Positions 38,206 through 48,200 of a stretch of DNA of 64,000 nucleotides are shown here, piece after piece. The stretch spans positions 307 through 64,306 of IMG/VR virus record IMGVR_UViG_3300042890_003772. One strand, 5' to 3'. The DNA is from a virus. Position 1 is the stretch's first letter, and every line of letters begins with the position of its first letter. Made by a program: the position numbers and the translations under genes. Under the pieces are notes generated by a model. It searched no databases. It was not told the DNA's origin and saw only the letters and a list, made by a program, of their open reading frames with translations.

Positions 38206-38787
38206 ATGAAATTTTTAAGACAATTATTAAAAGAAGATTTATGGCAGCACGATAATATTAATCAAACATTTGATAGCGCTGAAACTTCACTAAATCAAAT
38301 TCCAAGCACATTTAAAGTCGTTAATGGAATGAACGGATGGGTGCCAGGCACCATAAATGCTGATATCGGTGGCGGTAAAGAATTTTCAGTAGATGGAGCA
38401 GTAACGCATAAGTTTACCGTTGCATTAAAATCGGTAGGTGTAACTAACATAGTTTACGACCCATTTAATAGAACTACTGCACATAACACCGCTGCAGCTC
38501 AAACAATAAGAGATGGTAAGGCTGATACAGCAACTGTTAACAATGTGTTAAACGTTATTCAAGAACCTACTATTAGAGCTCGTGTTATTATGCAAGCGCA
38601 CAATGCTGTTAAAGATGGTGGCACAGCTTACTTTTTAATCTATCAAGGTGATAAATCTGGTCAAGGTAGAGATACCAAAAAAGGTAGATGGCAAAACAAT
38701 ATGGCTGCTAATGAATATGTAGGTGAAGTTAGTAGATTCTTTAGTCATGTTACCAAAAAAGGTAATTTAATTATAGGGCGTAAGTAA
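38206..38787 (+). CDS. Hypothetical protein (N-terminus MKFLRQLLKEDLW)
   Basis: 193-aa ORF. Confidence 0.45.
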   Translation: MKFLRQLLKEDLWQHDNINQTFDSAETSLNQIPSTFKVVNGMNGWVPGTINADIGGGKEFSVDGAVTHKFTVALKSVGVTNIVYDPFNRTTAHNTAAAQTIRDGKADTATVNNVLNVIQEPTIRARVIMQAHNAVKDGGTAYFLIYQGDKSGQGRDTKKGRWQNNMAANEYVGEVSRFFSHVTKKGNLIIGRK

Positions 38788-39174
38788 ATGTTATTAAATG
38801 AAATATTTGGATACGCAGGATCATTTGTAATTGTAAACGGTTATACATTTGATGAATCACCGCATGCAAAGTTAAGATATAACGAGCGTATTAAATCATA
38901 TAATATTAAATTGAGCGATATTGAAAATATGTTCAAGCAACTTATAAGACGTGTTGAACGTTTAGATAAAAATGATGTATCTACTAAGAATATATTCTTA
39001 TATTCTAAATCACTTATGTTACCGATCGTGCTGCAACGGATAGGAAATAAAGAGTTTATAATTAAAACATATTTGTTTATCGGTACAGATAAGAAAACAA
39101 AAAATGCACCACCTGATACCGCAAATATTGTATTAGAGCATTACGGTGAGTTGAGTTATATGGAAGTAGCATAA
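38788..39174 (+). CDS. Hypothetical protein with an N-terminal CTS-like signature (MLLNEIFGY)
   Basis: 128-aa ORF. Confidence 0.45.
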   Translation: MLLNEIFGYAGSFVIVNGYTFDESPHAKLRYNERIKSYNIKLSDIENMFKQLIRRVERLDKNDVSTKNIFLYSKSLMLPIVLQRIGNKEFIIKTYLFIGTDKKTKNAPPDTANIVLEHYGELSYMEVA

Positions 39175-39219
39175 AAAGATCGTTAGTAATCAACTAATAG
39201 TTTATAGTCCTACGTGTTC

Positions 39220-39227
39220 GATAAATA
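39220..39227 (+). promoter_or_regulatory. Late-promoter-like CGATAAATA upstream of the giant fibre gene
   Basis: The same TTCGATAAATA context recurs at 51878 and 57870. Confidence 0.4.
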
Positions 39228-39288
39228 CGGATTAATTAAACATAATTAGATGTTGATTCCAGGTTTAAATGTATAGAGGATATAATAA

Positions 39289-42200
39289 ATGTTAGCAGAT
39301 GGTTTACAGTTCCTAGAAGGGTCGGTCAATACTAATCTTGTTTTGCCCGCCTTGTCAGAAAGCGGTAGAAATGCATTAGTTAATGTTAATGTTGGTGAAG
39401 TAGTATTTCAGACGACCGGTCAAAAAGGTATTTACGTCTATAATGGTACTAGCTGGCAATATGGGCTATCTATCGCATTAGATAGCACAAATCCAACTAC
39501 ATTATTTGGATATGGAATTACAGATGCAGTTCGTGCAAATGCCGCCATTACCGCAGGTACTGGAACTAAAATCACATATGATAATAAGGGGCTTGTAACA
39601 GGGTCTACTACATTAGACATTAGTGATATTCCAAACCTACCAACCTCTAAATTAACTGGACAAATAACTATAGGTCAATTACCTGACCTAGGATCAACTG
39701 CAAGCACATATGTAAAAGTATATGTTGATGCAACAGGTCGTGTAGTTGGTGGTGAAACTACTGCCACATTAGCTACATTAGGTATTACTGATGCAATTCA
39801 AGCTAATACCGCAATTACAGCCGGTACCGGCACAAAAATAACTTACGATTCAAAAGGTTTAGTAATATCATCTGATGTATTAACCGCGTTAGATATACCA
39901 GATATAGAGACCAGTAAATTACTAGGTAGAATTACACCGGAACAATTACCATTGCTCGGTGATTCTGTTGCTGGGTACAGCAGTGTATCGATAGATGCAA
40001 CTGGTCGTGTGGTTGGAGGTAGTAATCCAACTACATTAGGTGGCTATGGTATTATCGATGCTGTGTTAGCTAATTCACAGATTGTAGGTAGCACAGGCAC
40101 TAAAATTACCTATGATTACAAAGGGTTAGTTACATCATCAACGCAGTTAATTGCGAGTGATATTCCATCGTTAGATGCAAGTAAAATTACCACGGGTAGA
40201 TTTTCAGCTAATTTCTTACCATTTATTGAGACATTAACACCTGGTACGTATACTAAAGTAACTGTTGATAGTACTGGTCGAGTAATTGCATGTGAAACAC
40301 CTACTACTATAGATGAGTATGGTATTACTGATGCAATGCGAGCTAATCCCGCAATTACACCAGGTACTGGTACAAAAATTACATATGATGCGCAAGGGTT
40401 AATCACAGATGCTGCAGTCTTAGCACCAACCGATATTCCAAGCTTACCAGCATCAAAAATTGTATCAGGGGTATTAAGTTCAAGTTTATTGCCAAACTCA
40501 GGTGTAACAGCTGGTGATTACTACAAAGTAACTGCAGATATACATGGTCGTATCACGGCAGGTGCTAGTACATTAGATATATCTGATATTACCGACTTAT
40601 CTACGGTATTAGCAAGTAAAGCTACTCCTGCAAACATCACTGACGCTATTGATGCAGTGTATGGTGGTGTAGGTGTACCTGGAAACACACTTAAAAAGAT
40701 TTACGATATTGCAGTTGCTAGCAACCACGAGATAACAGTCGCTGATACAAATGCAAGAATTGGAACATACGTTTCATCATTACCTACCAACATCTTTGTT
40801 GTTAACGATGGTGACGGTGAATGGGCGTTATATAAAGCGTTAGCAACCGGCCTAGCCACTAACAATAACGTTATAAAATTATCAGATCCTAGTATATTAA
40901 ACACCGCGAATGGTTATATACCTGAAGATCGTACAAATAAAGATACTGATCCAACATTAGCAGCTAATAGTGATATTAAATATCCATCACAAAAAGCAAT
41001 AAAAGCGTATGCCGATACAAAGGTACCTAAAAATGCGTTAATTACAGCTGGTACAGGAGCAAAGCTTACCTACAATCAATTTGGTTTGGTAACCGGAACT
41101 GGTACATTACTAGCTAGTGATATTCCAAACCTGGATGCAAGTAAAATTACATCCGGTATCTTACCAACATCAGTATTACCCACCTCAGGTGCTAACCCAT
41201 CACTATCATACGTAAAAGTAAACGTTGATACATATGGCCGGGTAATATCTGGATCAACAGAGTTAGCAGCAGGTAATATACCGTCATTAGATGCAAGTAA
41301 AATTACATCTGGTAAATTACTAGTTAGTGTAATGCCAAACTTAGGTACACCTGTATCAACGTACACCAAGGTACGTATTGATAGTACTGGTCGTGTGGTA
41401 TCTGGCTCAAATCCAACAGCACTCGCTGATTACGGAATAACAGACGCTGTTACAGCTAACCCAACCATTGCAGCTGGCGCTGGGATTAAGATAAGTTATG
41501 ATAGTAAAGGGTTAGTTACAGGCTCAACATCATTAGTAGCCAACGATATTCCAAACATATCCGCTGCAAAAATTACCTCAGGTGTTTTAAATAGCTCCGT
41601 ATTACCTACATCAGGTATTGCTGAAGGTAATTATAAATCAGTTACCGTAGATTCACATGGTCGAGTAATATCTGGTACAAACACATTAACATTTGATGAT
41701 GTATCTGGATTAACATCTGCGATTACAAACGCAGCATCTAATGCAAGTGTATCAACAGCAATTAATACAGCAATTTCTAACTTACGAGCTGATGTACCTT
41801 CTCAAGGAAGTACATTAAAAGGCTTGTACGACATGGTGCTGGCGAGCAACCATGAGCTTAACGCTGCAACAGTTGTAGCTAGAGATGCATTAGAAATTGT
41901 ATCGTTACCAACTAACGTATTTGTATTAGACGATGGTGACGGGCAATGGGCGTTATATAAAGCATTATATTCAGACTCACAGTTTAACGATTACCTCATT
42001 ACGCATCCAACAGCTGTTGCTAGCGATAGATATGTAAAGGTATCTGATCAAACATCATTGAACGCATCACTGGGTACATCTACTGAGGTTAAAACTAATA
42101 AATCAACAAATATTGAGCTACTTGATGGATTGTCAGCAAGTAACGTTAAATATCCAACACAGCTTGCAGTAAAAACATACGTTGATAACCAAATACAAAC

Positions 42201-45200
42201 AGTTGCAACTGTAGTTGCCGATTCATTAACAGATATTATTACAACATCTGCACTACCAGAAGGTGCTGATTTAGCTCTTAATAAATTAGTATTAGATAAT
42301 GATCCAAGATTATCTGGTAATAGTGCACCGATGTCTCATCAACATCCAATATCAGATATTATTGATTTAGCTACAATACTTGACGGTAAAGTTAACGCAA
42401 TCAGTATACCAGCTGGTAGCGGTCCATATATTACATATAATAATCAAGGTGTTGTAACTGCATCTAGACAACTAACCTCATTAGACCTACCGTTAGTCCC
42501 AGTAAATAAAATTGACGGTGTATTAACATCAAGTCAGTTACCAACTAATACTGTATATACTGATGTTAGCGGTACGATTGCAGTTAGTAAATTACCAAGT
42601 ACTGTTTTGTTATCAACAAACCTACCTGGTGATATAGTAACAACTAGTACTGGTGGTGTAATTGCTCAAGCTAAGTTACCAACTACATTAGTATACGTTG
42701 ATGGAACTGGTAAAATACCTGAAAGCTTAATACCGGCATCGTCTCAAGTATCGTTAATTGATACCATTACAGTTGCCGATTTAATTGAATTAAACGCTAA
42801 CACAACCGCGGTAGTTGGTACAATCGCAATTGTTGTTGATACTAGCGAAACATATGTACAAACAACCAATGGTTGGACCAAATTAAATGTACCGTCAGGA
42901 ACTGTATCATCTATTAATGGTCGCTCAGGTGTAATTAGTAAAATACTACCAGCTGATATCGATGGAGATTTTGTAAACTCTATTAATGGCCGTACTGGTA
43001 TAATCGATAAAATTCATACATCAGATTTAGATGGTAATTTTATTGAATCTATTAATGGTAAATCTGGGGTTATTAGTAAAATTGAACCAGCAGATATTAC
43101 TGGGTTATTTGATGATACATTAGCTACAGTAACATTATTAGCTGGGGTGTTACCAGAATTTACCGGTGATGTGTATTCAGAGATTGGTACAAACGTTTTA
43201 ACTTTAAATGATGTTCCAGGATTAGATACAGAAGTATTCTACTCATCAATTAAAGTTAACAGCAAAGGTATTGTTGTTGAAGGTAGTGAGGTTGGTAACG
43301 GTGGTTCAATAATATCATTTGAACAAACTGATGCACGATACGTACTTAAATCATACTTAGGACTAAAAGATACTGCTGGTGGTGTTGCTGGACTAAACAG
43401 TTCAGGTGTATTACCGCTAACTGTATTGCCAGCATTCACTGGAGACCTTACATCACCAGCTGGTTCAAATGTATTAACATTAAAAACTATTGCTGGTTTA
43501 AACAGTACTAATACATTCTCATCTGTTACTGTAAACCGTAAAGGTTTAGTAACTGGTGGTTCAACTCAAATTGTATATAATAAAGCACAAGCCGACGCAT
43601 TATTCTTATCTATTAATGACGCTGGTGCAAAAAATACAGCTAATGGATATGTCGGATTAAACGCTGATGCGGTGATGTATGCAGCTCAATTACCTGGGTT
43701 TGTTGGTGATGTAACTGCACCAATTGGATCACGTACATTAACATTGAATACTATACCAGGTGTTACACCTGGTGCAAGTTACTCTACTGTTGTTGTAAAT
43801 AGTAAAGGTATTGTAACATCAGGTACATTAGCTTCAACAGCTGCGGGTGATATTGCTGCAACATATGTAACAAAAGTATCATTAGGTAATAGAAACGCAG
43901 CGAACGGATACCTAGGATTAAATTCAAGTGCAAAAATAGACTCACAATACTTACCGTTATTATTCTTAAACAATAGATTTATTGTAAACACAATAGCTGA
44001 ACGTAATGCAATCACAGATGCACATATGGGTGATATTGCTATCGTTAATGGTTCGGTAGGTAAATGTTATATCTTAAATGCAGCAACCTCTGCTAATCCT
44101 GATAATTGGGTAGAATTGGTAACATCTAATAACGTTTACCAAGTAAACGGTAAAGCTGGTCTAGTAGAACTAGTATTAAGTGATATTAATGGTACACTTG
44201 ATATCAGTAAACTACCTATTCGTACTGCTGGTGATGTAATTACCGATCCAACAACGCGTGAATTAAGATTAAAAGATGTTGGTGTTAACGCACTAGCTAG
44301 TGGAGCAACTGCAACATATAAATCGGTAACTGTTAACAGTAAAGGTTTAGTAACGGGTGGATCAAATCCAACTACATTAGCCGGATACGGCATTACTGAC
44401 GCAATTAGTACACGTAGATTACCACTGCACGATGATGGTGAGGCACCATTCTTGACACTAGGTTTCGAAGGTACCATCGACCCAACCATGGTACAGAGTG
44501 ATATATTCACTGTAGACGAATTACCGGTTGATGGAGTAATTAACAAATTATATAGAATAGTTGGCACTAATAAGTCATACGTTTGGGACGGTACTGCATT
44601 TGTACAAATGACTACAACTGATGCAAGCTTGCTAAATGTTGGGACATTACCTGCAGCGAGATTACCAGCATTTACTGGTGATGCAACTGTACCGCTTGGT
44701 ACGAGTGCAATAACCTTAGCTAATACTGGTGTAACAGCTGGAACATACACACAGCTAACTGTTGATACTAAAGGTCGAGTAATATCAGCTACACAAGCAC
44801 CACCACCAGACGCATATACTAGATCACAAGCGGATGCAAAATATGTAACGCAAACATCGTTAGGTCTTAGAAATACCGCAAACGGGTACGTTGGGTTAGA
44901 TAGTAGCAATAAAATTGATTCCAACTTATTGCCATCGATATCAATAAGTGATATTTTCCCGGTAAACACATTAGCTGAACGTGATGCATTAACTACAACA
45001 CATATTGGTGATATGGCAGTTGTAGGTGGTGAGGTTAACGTTAACTATATCTTATCTGGTGTTAATCCTCGTGTGTGGACACCAATGGCTAACCCAATGG
45101 GTGGAGTCGTTGCAGTTAACGGTTCAACTGGATCAATAACATTAACGTTAGATAACATTTCTGGATCACTACAAAACTCCGCACTACCAGCGTTTGTCGG

Positions 45201-48200
45201 GGATATTACATCTGTAGCTGGATCTAATACGCTAACAATTGATAAAATTCGTGGAATAACAGTTGATGCAGATTTTAATGCAACTACATTACCTACAGAT
45301 GGATATTCATTAACGTATATGGCGAGTAGCGGTAAAGCTACTTGGAGACCAACCGGTACAGATGCAACTAACTTAATAACTGGTATTTTACCTGTTGGTA
45401 GATTACCTGCATTAACAGGTGACATCACAACGGTGGTGGGACACAATGTTGCAACAGTTGGTAAATTAAACGGTATTACATTAGATACCGGGTTTACTAC
45501 CGTTACACCACCAACTAATGGTTACGTGTTAACATATGCATCAGTTGGATCAAAAGCTACTTGGAAAGCATTAGATGCAAGTAAAGTTACTGTTGGTACG
45601 TTACCAGTAGCAAGACTACCGGCGTTAACAGGTACAGATGTAACAGCTGATGCTGGAACGGGGGTATTAAAGTTATCAACAACTGGTGTTGCTGCAGGCA
45701 CATATACTTCAGTTACAGTTAACACTAAAGGTCGAGTTACAGCTGGAACGGTAATACCAATCGTAGACGCATATTCAAAACTTGTATCTGATAACAAATA
45801 TGTTGCAAAATCAGTATTAGGTAACAGAAATACTGCTAATGGTTATGTTGGGTTAAATAGTGATAACAAAATGAACGTAGTTCATTTACCCGCTATTACC
45901 ATGAATATTATATTTGCTGTAGCTACATTAGCGCAAAGAGATGCACTAACAACTCAGCATATCGGTGATGTTGCTATTGTTGGTGGTACAGTTAATCGCA
46001 CATACATCTTATCAGCTGTTTCACCTAAAGTTTGGATTGAATTGCTGAACCCATTAGGTGGAGTATTATCACTCAATGGAGCTACAGGTGTTGTAAACTT
46101 AACACTAGATAATATTGAAGGTACATTACACTCAGGTGCATTACCAGCATTTACTGGCGATGTAACGTCAATGGCTGGTGATAATGTACTAGAATTAGCT
46201 GCAACTGGAACAGCTGGTACATACTATAAAGTTACTACTGATGTTAAAGGACGTGTAACATCAGGTGCAACAACACTTGCTGTTAGTGACTTACCAGAGC
46301 TACCATGGAGCAAAGTATCAGTCGATATGCCAACAACCTTGACTGGGTTTGGCATCACTGATGCGATTAATACATCAAGACTGCAAGCTGGTGATAATGG
46401 TGAAGATAAACTAGCTACCGTTGGTAGTAATGGTGCAATTGCTCCTAGTTTACTACCAGCGTTTACTGGTGATGATATTACATCAGCAGTTGGTTCGAGC
46501 GTATTAGCGTTAACCGAAACAGGTGTAACTGCAGGTACTTATACTGCAGTTACAGTAGATGTTAAAGGTCGTGTAACATCCGGCTCGTATGCTCCACCAC
46601 CAGATGCATATACAAAAACGGAAACTGACGGTAAGTATGTACTTAAAACAACTCTAGGTACAAGAAATGCTGCAAATGGCTGGGTTGGGTTAGATAGCAA
46701 TAGTAAAATTAGCGCAAGTTTATTGCCATCACTTGCTATTAACTCAATATATCCAGTTACCACAATAATAGCTCGTGACGCATTAACTACTACACATTTA
46801 GGTGATGTTGCGATTGTTGGTGGATCGGTAAATGTTAACTATATGTTAACATCGGTAACTCCAACAAGAGTATGGACACCAATTTCAAATCCATTAGGTA
46901 GTGTAACTTCCATCAATGGTTCAACAGGTGTAGTTACATTAGACCTATCAAATATAACTGGGACATTACGCCTCGACTCATTGCCAACATTTACTGGTGA
47001 TGTATCGCTATTACCTGAAACAAGCATACTTAAAGTTTTAAGCTTGAATGGTATAGTATTAGATACTACACATAATGAAGCTGTACTGCCAAACAACGGT
47101 AATGTATTAACTTACTCGTCAGCTGATAGTAAAGCTATGTGGCAGTCATTAAGTGCAAATCATATAGCTACAGGTACGTTATCTGCATCTGTAATGCCTG
47201 CATTTAATGGTGATGCCATTTCAACAACAGGTAACGCAAACCTAACAGTTGTTGCTTTAAACGGTATAGCATTAGATCGTGAATTTGATCCTTTCTCGCA
47301 CCCAACTAATAATCATGTACTTTCATATGATACTGCTGGAGTTAAAGCTACATGGAAAGCGTTAAGTGCGAGTAATATATTAACTGGTACATTGCCAGCT
47401 GGTAGATTACCGGAACTTATAGGTGATGTTACTTCAAACGCTGGATCTAATACATTACTATTAACTGATACTGGTGTTGTTGCAGGTACTTACAGTAGTG
47501 TAACCGTAGATACAAAAGGTCGAGTCGTATCAGGTACAGCTGTACCCAACACTGATGCATATTCAAAAATTGTCTCAGATAACAAATATGTTGCAAAAGT
47601 AACATTAGGTGGTCGTAATGAGATTAACGGATTCGTTGGATTAAATAGTGAACGTAAAATTGATGCTGTATATTTACCAGATATCACATTAAACGACATC
47701 GCTGTTGTATCAACCATAGTTGAACGAGATGCACTAACTACTAATCATATCGGTGATATCGCAATAGTTGGTGGTTCTGTTAATAAAACATTTATTTTAT
47801 CATCTACTTCACCACGCACATGGACAGAGTTAGTAAATCCATTAGGCGGAGTAACATCGTTAAATGGTCAAACAGGCAATGTAAATTTAACGTTAAGTAA
47901 TATTAACGGTATATTAGATACATCAGCATTACCAATGTTTACAGGTGATGTTACTTCACTTGAAGGTAGTAACGTATTAACTTTAGCAACTACTGGTGCA
48001 GCCGGTACCTATTATAAAGTAACTACAGATACAAAAGGTAGAGTAACAGCCGGTGTAGCCGCATTAGTTAGCAGTGATATCCCACCACTTAGCTGGAGTA
48101 AGGTTGTATATGGTAGACCGACAACACTAAGTGGCTACGGTATTACCAACGCAATTACTTCTGATAGATTACCGGTAGGTGATGATGGTGTTAGTAAGAT

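Noticed and set aside
44136-44969. A 277-aa minus-strand ORF, and about 15 other antisense ORFs between 39438 and 49691, inside the giant fibre gene.
   Set aside because: They are embedded antisense to a clearly coding, motif-rich gene. The open frames come from the repetitive Thr/Gly/Val codon composition, and there are no start signals.
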